Of a stretch of DNA of 64,000 bases, positions 49,550 to 62,480 are shown in pieces (positions within the stretch are counted from its first letter, which is position 1; each line of letters begins with the position of its first letter). The notes under the pieces were generated by a model. That model was not told the origin of the DNA and made no database searches. It was given only the letters and a program-made list of their open reading frames with translations. Origin of the DNA: Selaginella moellendorffii (taxonomy: Eukaryota > Plantae > Lycopodiophyta). The translations under genes and the position numbers were made by a program. The stretch covers positions 947,644 through 1,011,643 of the forward strand of contig NW_003314262.1 in the NCBI RefSeq assembly GCF_000143415.4, given 5' to 3'.

Positions 49550-52043
49550 AAAAAAAGGTTCTGCTACCGGACGCCGGAAGACCTCCCCCCGGGGGACAAT
49601 CGCTTTGGGCTTTCACCCAACAGCCTGTATTAGTATTCAGACTCGGACTCGGTCTCAGTCTCGGTTTCGGACTCGGACTCAGACTCGGTCTCGGTCTCAG
49701 TCTCAGTTCCATCTCGGACTCCATCTCGGGTCCATCTCAGACTCCATCTCAGGTCCATCTCAGACTCATCTCGGGTTTATCTCAAACTCCATCTCGGGTC
49801 CATCTCAGACTCCATCTCGAGTCCATCTCGAACTCTATTTCGGGTCCATCTCAAACTCTATCTCAGGTCCATCTCAGACTCATCTCGGGTTTATCTCAAA
49901 CTCCATCTCGGGTCCATCTCAGACTCCATCTCGAGTCCATCTCGAACTCTATTTCGGGTCCATCTCAAACTCTATCTCAGGTCCATCTCGGACTCCATCT
50001 CAAACTCCATCTCGGGTCCATCTCAAGTCCCTTTTCTAGAGACTCACTTATTGCTCACTTCATGCTTGTTCTTTAAGCACTTCATTGGGAGTTCCACTCC
50101 CACTCTTGACCTTTTAAGTCAGAGCTTTTAATCCAAACATGTTACGCTTGTTTGGCTTTCACTTCAGCCATTACCACATAGCACCTTTTTGGCTCCACTT
50201 TGGGGCTTAGGGATTTGTGTCTCACATCTGCATCTAAAGTTCCCCTAGTGGCCAAGAACTTCTTCACATTGGCTAGCCAAGCAAGACACTCGTCCACACC
50301 ACCATCACCAGAAAAGGTTGGAATCTTGAGTCAATCTACCAAGAAAGGTTTACTTGGAGCGCCACCATGTCGAGCTTCGAGTCCCTCAACACACTTACGC
50401 ATGGTATCCATCATGCCATGCATCTCGTCTTGCATCTCGTCTTGCATCTCTTGCTGATTTTGATTAAGGGCTCGCAGCCCATGAACAACATCTTGAATGG
50501 TCCAAACCTCTGCAGCTCCATTGACACTATTATCAGCACCACCATCAACAATAGGATTCTAGCATTCAACTTGGTCGGCCATCGCAACCAGCTCCTTTGA
50601 TACCAATGTTATGATCAAGCTAAAAAGATAGAGATATAGTCTTCCGAGACTACATTATGCCTCCTCTTGAAGTTCCTCACCACCCAACCACCCCTGAGCT
50701 ACCTCAAAAACTCCATTGCACTGCCACTCCATTGTAATAACATGCTTTCATATACCCTTGAGCCCCCTTTGACCAACATTGACCATGTGGTCAAAGCTGG
50801 TGCCTAACAAGGTGAGGGATGTGAGGCCAATGCTAGTGGTGTAGGCACCAAAGAAAAGGACAAACAACTAGCTGCTGCCAATGTCATTGGCCTCAACTCT
50901 CCCTGCCACCATTTGTTTTACCTTAAAGTTCTGCTGTGCTTGCTGAAAGAAGCCAGGTTAGTATGTTGGGCACCACCATCTTCTGATTCACAGAGCCCAA
51001 CTTAACATACACACTGACAGTAAAGCTGCATGACTCCCTTTTACATGCTTTTCTTTTCCATCCCAAGCCAAGGAATGAATAGACTTTTATTGCACCATAG
51101 GATGTCATAATTATTATTGTAATTTCTTTGTACATACTTTGATAAGGCAATCTTAGGAAGATCTCATTTTGGTAATTTTTGAAGGAAATGATAGTTCATG
51201 GGCATTGGGAATGCATATTTCCATTGCATCACTCCACCAAGCAAGATAATAGTAATACAGTTACTCATTAGCATTTAGACCCCACCTCTGTTGGGCAAAC
51301 AAATATAAATTTTCAATGAGCAGTATACAAACATCCACTTTTTGCTATCGAATTGGCAGCAACAGTGAATTCCTGAAGTACCATTATACTCTTTCTTTCG
51401 GTTTGAAGTTTTACTTAATCAACTTAGCCGCAAAGACTCATGGCAGAGCTCATTGTCATTGGATAAATTGCTAGAAGACTTGCTAGCAAGGAGAGAATGC
51501 TGCTATATTTCCTCCTTTTCCCCTCTTCCATTTATTTTTTGATAAACTGTGGCCTACCAGCCTTAGAAAAGGACAAACCCAGGATCTTTGCCAGTAATTC
51601 TTCCCCTCTTCTATATAGCAAGAGTGGATGCAAGTGCTTAGCACTTGCATCATGCACCTACAAAGTTACTGTGACTAGCTTGTACCACCAAAAGCTGTAA
51701 ATGACTATTAACACTTTTTTAGACATGGCTATCTCTTTTTATTTTTTTCGGACTTACACGTTGTTCTGCTCCAAAGTATATATAACAACATCTTTTCATT
51801 TTACTTTCTCTACTTTTCCCAATGGAGCTGAGAGCCCGCTAGTTTCTAGTGTTATACATGTTTTTCTTCATTATGCAGATTATTAAATGTGTCTCAAGAC
51901 TTTAACGTAGGGTCCATGTTTTTTCCAGAAATTTAAATGTTAGCTCCTCCATACATCCTGTATATACAAAAAAGAAACAAAAGCCAACAGAAGAAGCGAC
52001 AAGTATTTTGCTGCAGCTTAACTTGTGCAAGGAGGAAGATACG

Positions 52044-52126
52044 TTGAGGGACTCTATTCGATTTTTTGGATCTTTCTGCATCACATTGAGGGACTCTATT
52101 CGATTTTTTGGATCTTTCTGCATCAC
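52044..52126. repeat. 42-bp tandem duplication upstream of GH17 gene
   Basis: ttgagggactctattcgattttttggatctttctgcatcac occurs at 52044 and 52086. Confidence 0.92.
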
Positions 52127-52268
52127 GACCTCGTCAAGAGGAGTGTTCCCTTGAACTTTACTAAATGCAGGAAAACAGAAACACCACTATTGTGACAAAG
52201 GACGCGTGGCGTGCCCTCATTTAACACAAAGAGTGCGCTGTTTGAGTGCGCTGTTCTTGGACGCTACC

Positions 52269-53351
52269 ATGGCGATGCTTGTTCTTCTCGTCCTGTTGGT
52301 CGTGGGTGCTTCGTCAGGTAAACTTAGCTACCATTGCGGCAATAACCATCAGTTTTGTAAAATTGCAGCAGGAGCGGAAAGATTTGGCATTAACTACGGA
52401 CGAGTTGCTGATGATCTTCCATCTCCACTCCAGGTCGCAGCGCTAGCAAAACGGGAGAATATTACACACATAAAGATTTTCGATGCCGATCCTGTTGTTC
52501 TTCAAGCATTCAGGGGCACAGATGTTGGCGTTGTCGTCACAGTACCCAACGACGAAATACCTGCGGTAGCTGCAAACCTGCCTGGCGCACGGTTCTGGTT
52601 TGATGCATATGCTTCGCCCTTTATTGCGGAGATCACAACCATTTTAGTGGGCAACGAGGTCCTTAAATTCAGCCCACATATGTCGACAATCCTCGTTCCG
52701 GCGATGCAGAATCTCTACCAGATTTTGAGAGCCCACGATCTGGCAGATAAGATCAAGGTCTCGACGCCGCATGCCATGGACGTTCTTGAAAAGAACTCGT
52801 CCTCTCCGCCATCAAATGGAATGTTCCGCCAGCAACACGTCAGCACAATGCAAAATCTTCTAGAATTTCTGTCCATCAGCCGCTCGTTCTTTGTGCTCAA
52901 TGTTTATCCTTACTTCGCCTTTAGGGAGGACAAGGGCGCCACACTCTCTGCCGAATTCGCTCTGCTCCAGTCCCCTAAAAACTCAGTCACGGATCCGAAC
53001 ACCAGCTTTCGGTACAGCAATCTGCTAGATGCTCAGCTAGATGCAGTGTATGCCGCCATAGAGAAACTGGGATACATGAATCTACAGATTGTGATTGGGG
53101 AAACGGGATGGCCAACGGCTGGGGGCTTCGGAGCAACAATGCAGAATGCAGCCATTTTTACGAGGAACATAATATGCCGTACCCAGGACGTAGAAGGGAC
53201 ACCAGCAAGGCCGGCTTATACCATTCAGGCTTTTGTGTTTTCAATGTTCAACGAGGATCTGAAGCACAACCTCATGGAACAGAACTTTGGTTTGTTTTAT
53301 CCAAACATGACAAACGTGTATCCTTTTAAATTTTCGTCCGACTGTAAATGA
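52269..53351 (+). CDS. Glycoside hydrolase family 17 beta-1,3-glucanase (signal-peptide exon, probable in-frame intron 52318-52368/52371)
   Basis: GINYGRVADDLP, catalytic VGNEV and GETGWPT, FSMFNEDLK...EQNFGLF; hydrophobic N-terminus from ATG 52269. Confidence 0.93.
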   Translation: MAMLVLLVLLVVGASSGKLSYHCGNNHQFCKIAAGAERFGINYGRVADDLPSPLQVAALAKRENITHIKIFDADPVVLQAFRGTDVGVVVTVPNDEIPAVAANLPGARFWFDAYASPFIAEITTILVGNEVLKFSPHMSTILVPAMQNLYQILRAHDLADKIKVSTPHAMDVLEKNSSSPPSNGMFRQQHVSTMQNLLEFLSISRSFFVLNVYPYFAFREDKGATLSAEFALLQSPKNSVTDPNTSFRYSNLLDAQLDAVYAAIEKLGYMNLQIVIGETGWPTAGGFGATMQNAAIFTRNIICRTQDVEGTPARPAYTIQAFVFSMFNEDLKHNLMEQNFGLFYPNMTNVYPFKFSSDCK

Positions 53352-53559
53352 GAGGATGGATTATTTTGAGATGAGAAGAAATAATAAATACTGCAGGCCT
53401 TTACCATAGGTCAGGCAGCAGCTGACTACATTCATTTTTTGTAGTTGTGTCACGTGTATCTTTATGGAACTCTTGCAAAGGCTCCAGTTTCCTGTTTTTC
53501 TTCACAAGATTACATCTAAAGGGAGCACTCGAGCCAACAATACTCCAATGTAAAGTTTA

Positions 53560-56500
53560 GTTCCGCATGACAATGAAAAATCCAGTGTTTAACCTTTTTT
53601 TGCAGAGCCTCTGCCTGCTGCGAATCTTCTGCACTTGATAACCCGCCTGTGCATTATCGGTCCAAGACAGAAATTTAAGCAGGAGTGTGGCGGTTTTTGT
53701 TACATTGTCATGTGCTAGCCTTTCCAAAACGGGAACCACAGAAGGAACCCTGCAGGCTCTCTTGATTTTGGATCTCTAAAACCAGCAGAATGGGCAAAAG
53801 AAAAAGAACAGAAAGCAGCACTTGAATTTCAGCGGTGGAAATGGACGTTTCACAAGGATTAATTCATTTAGTATACCTTTGACTCAGCGTCCTCCTGCTC
53901 CAATTGATCATCGCATGCAGCTGCATCCAGCTCCGCTTTCTCTACGGCAGCAGACGCATCCATTGATTGTGCATATGCTAAGAAATAGGCCTTATATGCA
54001 TTTGCAGCGGCTGATGTGAGTGCTTCCGTATTCTTCTCGGCAGCCTCGGCAATGTCCTTTAATCTCGCAAATTCGTCAGTACCAACTGCTGCAGATGCAG
54101 CAAGGTAAGCGTCCGCTGCTTCTTCTGCCGCAACTGCTGCCAGACGTTCTGCTTCAGTCGCTGCTTCTGCTGCCAAAACCGATCGATCTGCTGCTGCCGA
54201 CAATGTGTCCAGGAGATCATCTACCGATGGCAACCGCTTGTCCAAAAGTTTCTCACTGCAGGACGATGAAATGCCTGCGGTAGTTGACAACTGCTGAAGA
54301 GGAAATGCACTTTCCATGTTTATTGGCAGAATGACAACCTGGAACCAAAAAGAATTGCAACGAACGGTTGCACCCCAGTTTGAAAAGCAGAATGATCTGA
54401 ACCGCTAGATACAAAAAGTGTGCAGATACTGATATATGCTGACGTTGTCAGGGACGTGGCACAACCCGACTGTTCATCCAGTTTGGTTCAAACGCCTTTA
54501 GATTTTCATGGATAAAATTTGTGGTTGCCAACAAAAAATCATATTCACAGACAACCGAATTAGACGCCCTCTAATGGTGAAGCTTGAGACAGACAAATGT
54601 GCTGCTTCTTTTGCATCATATTTTCAGTCATCTTGAGTGCATTATTAAGCATATCAACGATTAAGACAGTCGATCACAGGGCAAGTACCTTGATTTTCTT
54701 GCAAAGAAAAAAAGGAGCTACCCGGGTCAGATTATAAATCGAACTTGCCACCAAGCGCAAACATAGGTCCCTCTTTGAGAATGGTGAAGAATAATCTAGC
54801 TGAACTTAGTGCTTTGCATCAATCTATCCCTACGCTTCAAGAGCTTTGTGATCCACGGAGACCAAGATTTAGTTTACTTAGTTGAGAATGTCCTTCATTG
54901 CAGCAATGACAAAAATGGTGCCACCAGGATCCCATCAATGCTGCTCGTGGTGGAGCTTTTCCCACGGACGGGGATCCAGGATGGCTTATTTGTTTGAAGC
55001 TTAATCTGATTTACATAACCTTGCCGTATAAAGTTACATGTTTAAATTTGCGAAGAGACTAGCGCCTTAACGTTAATCATTAGGTGGGACACCGAAAAAT
55101 AGAAGTTTTGATTGAAAGAAAAGCTTGACCACAAATGCATATTTATGAATGAAAGAATTTGCTGGGAAAAAATATTGCATTGACAAAATAAGATGTGGCT
55201 CAGAGTGATACTAAAGGGAACGGTCTAATGATATTGAAACATTCCTTGGTAGAAACATGCGGGCTATTCTTTTGGGTCACCACGCCATCACGATAAGCTT
55301 GAGAATGATCTCTCGTTATCTGTGGTAACATATGTAGAAATCTACCTAATAGGTAGATTTACTGATCCTGCCAAGTCAATTATAATATTTTGCTTCTTCA
55401 AAGAACTGATGTACTGCCAAAACTCAGTTTCGAAATGGACACAGTGGTCTTCCTTCCTGTCTTATGATTCATTTCGTTTATCTGGCCGTTGAAACTATGA
55501 AGTGGTGATGACTCTGCAAGCATAAGAAGTGCTAAGCAAGCAGACACTATATGCGAGCTTCAAATTAACATTTGCTTACATTGAAGGAGAGGAAGAAAAG
55601 AGCATAGTCAAATGAGTGTAATTCCTTTCGTCTCATTGTGGAGCTGAACACACAAATATAAAGACATAGACTTTGCCCCATGGATAAGTGACACATCAAA
55701 TCAAATTATGTATAGTTCCAGTTTAACTGTGTGGCCATATCATTGTAGCAGCTTTCCCGTTGGCTTCGATCATTGTTTGAGGGCTTGTCTTCACATCCAT
55801 AATTTGGTTGCATACCTGTGTTGGCTTCCCTTCCATGTTGGCGACGAGTTTGCTAATTATGCTTTAAAAAGTTGTAGCATTTCTTGAACAAATTAGATTC
55901 ATACAATAACAGAACCATCACCCTTGTTCCTTCACTAGCTCCTCCTCGTCCTGGAAAGCATTCTCCAAGCTGCGGCACATCTACATATTGCCCACCTTGA
56001 TATCTGGTCCATGTTTCCAAAGACTCTAGCTTGATTTCTTATGGAGCATTCCTTACCTGGAATTCACAGCAGCAAGCACATGAATTTGCAGTACTGAGTC
56101 AGCGTCGTGAGAACTCTCAAGAACCAAGAGAGATATAATAAAATAGTTTAAAGAGTGAAGACGTCCAACTTACAAAACAATCGTCGTGGAAAGGAGTCCG
56201 AAATGGAATAAGAGAGCCTGCCAACCGTCTTCCATTCCCCAGTAGCCCTGCTGAGCACCATAGCCCGCCACCTGTGCTGCTGCTACTCATGGAACCAAGA
56301 ATTACTGTAAAGCTGTGATTGGAGAATGCTTTCCAGCTATTGAAGGCCTTCCGCTATAGTGCCAACTTTCAATTGCTGTGATACAGATTGGAACGCTAAT
56401 TATGCAATTGTCGATGCCCTACAGTTGCACGCCGATAGGACAGGATGACCATGTGACAGGATATGCTAGGAGTAAGAATCTAATGTCTTGTTAACTCCTT

Positions 56501-58800
56501 GATATTTCTATCTTCTCTCTATTGGATGCCTACAGCTAGCGTATTTTAAGTAGCTCATAAATAGGCTCATTTCTGATCGTCTAGATTCAAGTATACAATT
56601 ATTGTGGATATTCATTTGAGTAGCTCAAATGAACTAAAGACTTCGAGGAAGTCTTTAGTTATGCTTTTGGGTCTGGGTCTGTCGTTGATAATGACCACCT
56701 TGCAAATCTATCTAAAACACACATATAAATGAAATGTATGAGAAAGCACTACAATGAGGCTAGAAAGGTTATGGACACCAGCGCCAAGTTCCTGCGTTTA
56801 CATGCAATTCCCCCTTAGTGTGCTATTTTCACGGTAAATAGTTTCTGCAGCACCTAGTGTGTTACACCATAAACGAAGTAACCAAAATACGAAGAAAAGT
56901 GTTTAGAATTTTTGTTTAGAAATTTTCATTATTCTAGATATACCCTTCCTTTGTCTGTTGATGATTGCCTTGGAAACCAAACCTTAGTAGCAAATGCTTT
57001 GTGTACTAGCTTATTTCTTCAGTAATGTATGATCCAGCACCTGCGATATGATGTATGTGCACTAAGAGTTAGTAAGTATTAAGAATACTTGATCCATGAG
57101 CTTTGTTTAATCCATATTTGTTTCCTAAGCTGCGAATAAAGATTTTTTGCGCCAGGTTTCTCTCGAGTTTCTTTTGGAAGTAAATGCGATGCTTCCTGGA
57201 TTTAATGGTGCAGCCAAGCTTAAAAATGTGTTCTCAAGAATAGGCCTGGCTTCTTGGAGTCTGTCTCGACACTAAACACAAGCTCTATTACAATGTCATG
57301 CTGGATTGTTTTGGATTACCATTGCTGTTGATGACAGGATCCTGGAAACTAAAGCTGTAATCCAAGATAATGGGACGGAACAATACCACCTCAAAATTGG
57401 AAAAAGAGGAAAGCTTTGATCAACTTTACAGAGGAGACATGAGACTTTCAGAAAAGTCTGTACATGTGACAACAGCAAGAAGCTGCTTCAGAGCCTTGAG
57501 AACTTGATGTTTGTTTGCAAGTCACCTCTTGAAACAAGATGGTCGATTGGAAGTTTCTCTTATAAACTTATAGTTTATGGAAGCATGCATAAAGATCCCA
57601 GAGAACACACATATTTAAGAGAAAACACATTTCAGTGCTTTACCTTTAGTACGTAAGTGTTGTTTATGTCAACCAGGGTGGCCATCTGTCTTTTACATCA
57701 AGTGATGTCTGCCAGCTATTTGCATACTTCCCAGCCCACACGGCTGGATGATATTCTCCCCTATGCACAGAAACATGAGCTCTCATATTGCGAGATAGCA
57801 AGAAAAAACAAAATACACATTGCGTAGAGTGGATAACCTACTATAAGATAGTAGTAAAGTTCTTCTTTTTTCCTTTTCTGACCAGTTTCACTTGCAGCAT
57901 AGACTTGCTAGTGGATGACAATAATTTGTGGGCATTTCCTGCTGGTCCCAGAGGCTGGAATGGTGAGATCAGTGGTTGGCTTTGCATAAATTTCTCAAGT
58001 TTCTCTCTTTCAGATCCTGGCATGCTCCAAGTGGGGAATGGTCGAATGTCCTTAGCTGAGTATCCTTCACATTTCAGCATTTGGTCTATCATGAAGGTTT
58101 GCATGCTCATTTCTCATTAATCTAGACTAGAGTGCCTTGCCTCAAGCACCTCTCATCATTGGCTGTGAGTTGAGAACAATCACAAAAATACACCTCAAAA
58201 TTTACAAGAACATCCAGATAATAGTGGTAAACCAAGGTAAGTTCTTTAGGATTTGAGCCACTACTTTCTCAGTATCTTTCTTTTGACATGTAGATTCATT
58301 AGGAATACAGGGACGCAAAGTGAGCCAGATACGACAGTTTGAAGTAATTACTTCTTGTTTGATACTGACAAAGCATTGTGTGATCAAGCAGGTGTGGGCT
58401 GGTCCTCTGCGATAGAATTGTCATGGCAGCATGGAACAAAGGGTGGAAGAAAGCATTAATTAGGAACAACTCTAGATTGGAACCAACTGTGACAGCAAGT
58501 GTGAGAGATTTGTGGAAGGTATGCAAAACGTTACACAGTTCACAACTGATATATATCTTTTGTTCTGTGTGGGTTATAGCACGAAGATTGGACTTCAAGG
58601 CAGGAGGATGGTTTTGAAGTGGAAATAGATTCCCACAACTGTGGGATGTATATCTTGTCCAACATTTCCATGGCAGAACTGTACTTTAATAGTGGAAGAT
58701 GAACATGGGATGCCAATACCACTGATTTGTAGTGAGAAAGTGGATTTTAATCTGTTTTATTTACTTCTTCAATCTAATATGTGTTTTGTCAAGGTTTTTG
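53560..58800 (-). pseudogene. Unidentified multi-exon gene or pseudogene with an Ala-rich helical exon (53868-54340)
   Basis: Alternating coding-like blocks and short AT-rich segments with minus-strand splice signals; some blocks contain stops. Family not recognised. Confidence 0.35.
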
Positions 58801-59089
58801 CAAATCTTTATGTAAAATGCCTCAATGATTGGAGAGCATAAAATTTATGTTGTTAAGGGTCGCATTATACAGCAACCATGTCGCAAATCTACATCAAGCA
58901 GAAAAACCTCTGGCCTTTAACGGTTTCTTTGAAAAAAAACGAATACCCCGTGCACATTTGATTGAGCCCCCCATTGGCAGTCACTGAAAGGTTCGTCACT
59001 GCTGTGGGATCCAGGAGCGCTGGGGGAATCTGAAATGGAAAGATGAACAATTTCGGCAGGCAGAGAGCTTTCCTCTGCCACTGGGAACG

Positions 59090-59580
59090 TCGTGCTACTC
59101 CAATATTTTCTTCAGCAACAAGAGCTTCAGCAGATTTCTCTCGAAGGTGAAATCCTCGCTCCTGAACATTTCTCAGACATTGTTGCTGGGCGGCCAGAGG
59201 AACTGGAGGTGATGCCTACGCTTGGGCAGGCGTTCTAAATCTCATGGACAATGAGAAGGGTGTGAGGCGCTGCTAAAGTCCCAGGAATTGCTCAAGAAGC
59301 TCTCTTTCATGAACGATGGGATCTCCATTGTGCTGTATGCAAGATCGTCACCACACCACCGCCAGCTCTCTCAAGCTCTTCCACTTCCACAACAACATGA
59401 CCGGTGATCAAGGAGTCAGATCTCTCACCAGGCTTGTCGAGAAGGTTGTCCAGCTCGAGAACTTTTGCTTCTCGTCGACTAGAGTTGGGGTGGCACTGGC
59501 TTTGGCCATCGCTGGTGGATCCACCGTCAAAGTTCTCGACTTGAGAGACAACAGGTCCTGGAGGTGGTGCTGTGCTTAAA
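59090..59580 (+). pseudogene. RANGAP: RanGAP LRR-domain fragment
   Basis: SDIVAGRPEELEV and LFHFHNNMTGDQG...LENFCFSSTRVG...VLDLRDN match plant RanGAP; deletions and frameshifts present. Confidence 0.85.
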
Positions 59581-59857
59581 TTGAGTGATTTCTTGTTCTC
59601 CTCCATGGTCGCGAGTGACAAGGCGCAAGATTTAGAGGCGGCCAAGGCCACAATCTCCATGACACCGCAGCATTAAGAATGGACATCGTGTACCTGTTGA
59701 TCTCCGATTCATGCTCTTCATGGCAAGCCACCGTGTATGAGAGATACATTGGGAATGTTCGAGGGCTTGGTTTTCATCCCAGTCTCCAGGAGGAGGATAG
59801 CGAGAGCATGAGCTATCTGGCCTCTCTGCTCCTGGACAATGGCGTCATGACCAGAGA

Positions 59858-60360
59858 TTGTCTTTTGGAGTCCTTCACCTCACACACACCTCAAGAGGTG
59901 GACGACCATCACCTTCCAAGGTTGTGGACACCATTGAGAAGAATTACATCCACTTCCAAAGCACGATCAGTGGTTCACCGCATCAGAGGCTTGCGGACAA
60001 GGTGAGGTACCACGTCGCAAGGAATGTTCCACTCGAGTTTGTCTTGCCGGCATTTCCAGTCGAGTCGTGCATTCCCGACAAGACTCTGGGAAAGTGCGCG
60101 GACTAGGCCGAGGAGCTGGCCATCCATTCCATGAAGATTGTTGCGGATCTCATCATGCTCCAGGCATGCACTACAACGTTGCCTCAGATGGCCATGTCTT
60201 CTTTGATCTCGTCGGCTCCGATGATGCTGCTCTGGATTCTTATGGAATGATGTTTTGGAAGATGGTCAGTTTCTTTAGCCTGGACGAGTTTCTGCTGGAC
60301 AACCACAGTGAGGACAAAATTGCCAACCTTTTATCCAACACGGCAGTGGAACATCCAGTT
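59858..60360 (+). pseudogene. DIT1/PvcA-family (isocyanide synthase) fragment
   Basis: PLEFVLPAFP...DKTLGKCAD*AEELA, then after a frameshift APGMHYNVASDGHVFFDLVGSDD...FFSLDEF. These are signature motifs of PF05141. Confidence 0.8.
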
Positions 60361-60599
60361 GTGAAATTATTTACGTGGAAAATTTCAACCATGCTGAATC
60401 TACATACCGTGCCATGAAAAAACTTTCCCGGATTTTGTACATAAGTTAAAGAGCGCTCTACATTTCCCTGGCGCTGCTGTTGTTTTCACATATGCAACCA
60501 GGAAACGGGTTGGCAAAGAAAAAGTCTTCGTGCATTGGGACGGGAGCGGGAACTCTTAGCGCTGGACCTGCAGTCCTCACTTAGTGCAGCATTTTCACT

Positions 60600-61690
60600 T
60601 GAAACGCAAATTCATCCCAAGACATATTCCCAGCTCCATAGCTACCGAATAAGCTTTCGCCTGGAGGAGAGTGGAACGAAAGTTAGAGAACTGGAGAAAA
60701 TAAACGTAGCATGAAGCCATGTGTCCATCATGCGTGAACACGAAGACATCGCTCTCACTGCGTAATCCACAGCCGAGAGCCTGTTTTGATACCTGGCGAT
60801 CGTTGATAGCTCCTCATAAGTTGCCAACGTTGAATGCGAGTACACGTCTGGAAAGATCTTCTTCAGCGACTCCATGCTGCCATTCCCATAAGTTTCCCTG
60901 GTGACAATGTAGATGGCCGTAGTCTCGGGATAGCCAAGAGCTTTGAGAAAAAAGCCCAGTCTCGTAAGGGGTTAGAGGACAACCACCTTGCCTGCGTTTC
61001 TCCTCGCTTTCAATTTCCTTCTCTTTCCAATGCCCCACGTCGTATCTCATGCGCTTCAGTTCTCGTGCTTCCTCGGTGGGCAAACCGTGTGTACGTCCAG
61101 TAAAAGACAGCATATTTTTTTCGTATCTGGAACGAGCAATTAGAGAAAGAAACACAACCTCAAGTTTTTCACAACCTGAATGCAGCGCAATGAACGGGCC
61201 TATACTTTTCATTCTCTTGATCAGCGCGTCTGCCACTCTTTGCAAAGGTTCTGTAAACTTGAGTGCATGATAATTTGCACGGCATCTCAGCCTCTGGATC
61301 TCATCCAGAAGGCCGTTGTTGGCAAGCCTCGATTCTGCATGCGTCAGGTGCAAAACCTTGTGCTCTCTGAACAATACCGTCATGTTGTTTCTATAGTATG
61401 ATTCCTGGAACTGTACAAAGATAAAGCAACCATTTGCACAGACAAAAACTTAAAGCTTACATTGGACCACGATACAGGAGCCTTGCGGAAAGGAACGACA
61501 TCCTGGAGAGAGGGAGATAGCGCTTCAACAATAGACACGTCTTTGTCAAAAATAGTTTACAGAAATCGCTGAGAAGAAACAGTAAGTTGAAACGACAAAC
61601 TTTGATTCTAGAGCTTCACAAGGAAACAATTCTACGGAGATAATCACCAAGATTCTTACAGTGATCCAGAAGAGGTACAACGATACTTAT
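60600..61690 (-). pseudogene. O-fucosyltransferase family (GT106) fragment with introns
   Basis: RKAPVSWSN, SRLANNGL..EIQRLRCRANYHALKF, PFIALH, RYEKNMLSFTG, WKEKEI...GGCPLTP; frameshift near 60945. Confidence 0.88.
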
Positions 61691-62179
61691 AGAGAAGAGA
61701 CTCCCAAGACATATGATACGTGGTCCGTGACACCCTGGATTCCCTGGAAGTCCATGTTACAAAAAAGGAGAATGTAAAATTTCTGAATATCTTTTCTCCT
61801 AAATGTTCTTTTTTCTTTGGTAGAGTTCTTTTCTGAAACTATTATCATCAGTAACATCATTCACGGAAACAATGGGATGGAAACCACAGAAAATGCATGT
61901 TCAAACAGGAGGAAATGGATGACTGTGGCCGTGTCCGAGAAGTGGCTATATGAGCCAGAAAACTCAGCAAAGAAACTCGCAAAGAAAGAAAATCGTATGT
62001 TAAAAAAAAACACCAGTGCGGTTTTCCTCGAGCTTGGCTTCTCTCTATTTCATTTTTGGGACGATGGAAAAGCCTCCACAGAAAGTTCTTTCACTGTAAT
62101 CCACAGCTCTAAGCAGATTGTTGAAGCTTTAGAGGACCAGATGATGCTCAACTCGGCAGTTGATCATTGCTCCCGCCTG

Positions 62180-62480
62180 AATTACGGTAAGAAAGCAGTG
62201 ACCAAGTGGCTTTACAATCACCACTCTCAAAACATACACGAGTTTGAGATGGAGCTTGCAGTTCTTGGCATCAAGCACCGAGATTTGGTGAGCTTGAATG
62301 GATTCACGCTATCATCAGCCAGCAACCTCTCCCTTTTCAACTTCATGGACTCCACAGCAAGTTCTTTTTTGTACAAAATAAAGTTCTCATAATCTTGTGG
62401 AAACGATGATGCTCGACTGGGACGTGCGCATGAATTGCTTGCTTTCGGCTTATGTCCAGTATGGGTAATATCATGTACAA
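62180..62480 (+). pseudogene. ERECTA-like receptor kinase domain fragment
   Basis: KWLYNHHSQNIHEFEMELAVLGIKHRDLVSLNGFTLSSASNLSLFNFMD, followed by an LDW motif; truncated. Confidence 0.7.

Larger units (their letters stand above)
24508..50226 (-). mobile_element. Older family B element (3' LTR 24508-29454 interrupted; 5' LTR ~48869-50226 with PBS/U5 deleted)
   Basis: Internal segments 29455-31158, 37985-38100, 45644-45838 and 46991-48868 are colinear with the internal region of the young copy. Flanks TCTGT / TCTGC. Confidence 0.85.
13195..50809 (-). mobile_element. Old family C Ty3/gypsy element, host of the whole nest (3' LTR 13195-13417, 5' LTR 50607-50809)
   Basis: Degenerate pol on minus strand 13420-15924 resumes at 20094. 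gag pieces at 20700-21070, 22279-22433, 24187-24500 and 50250-50590. PBS next to 50607. Flanks AAGTG / AGGTG (4/5 TSD). Confidence 0.85.
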
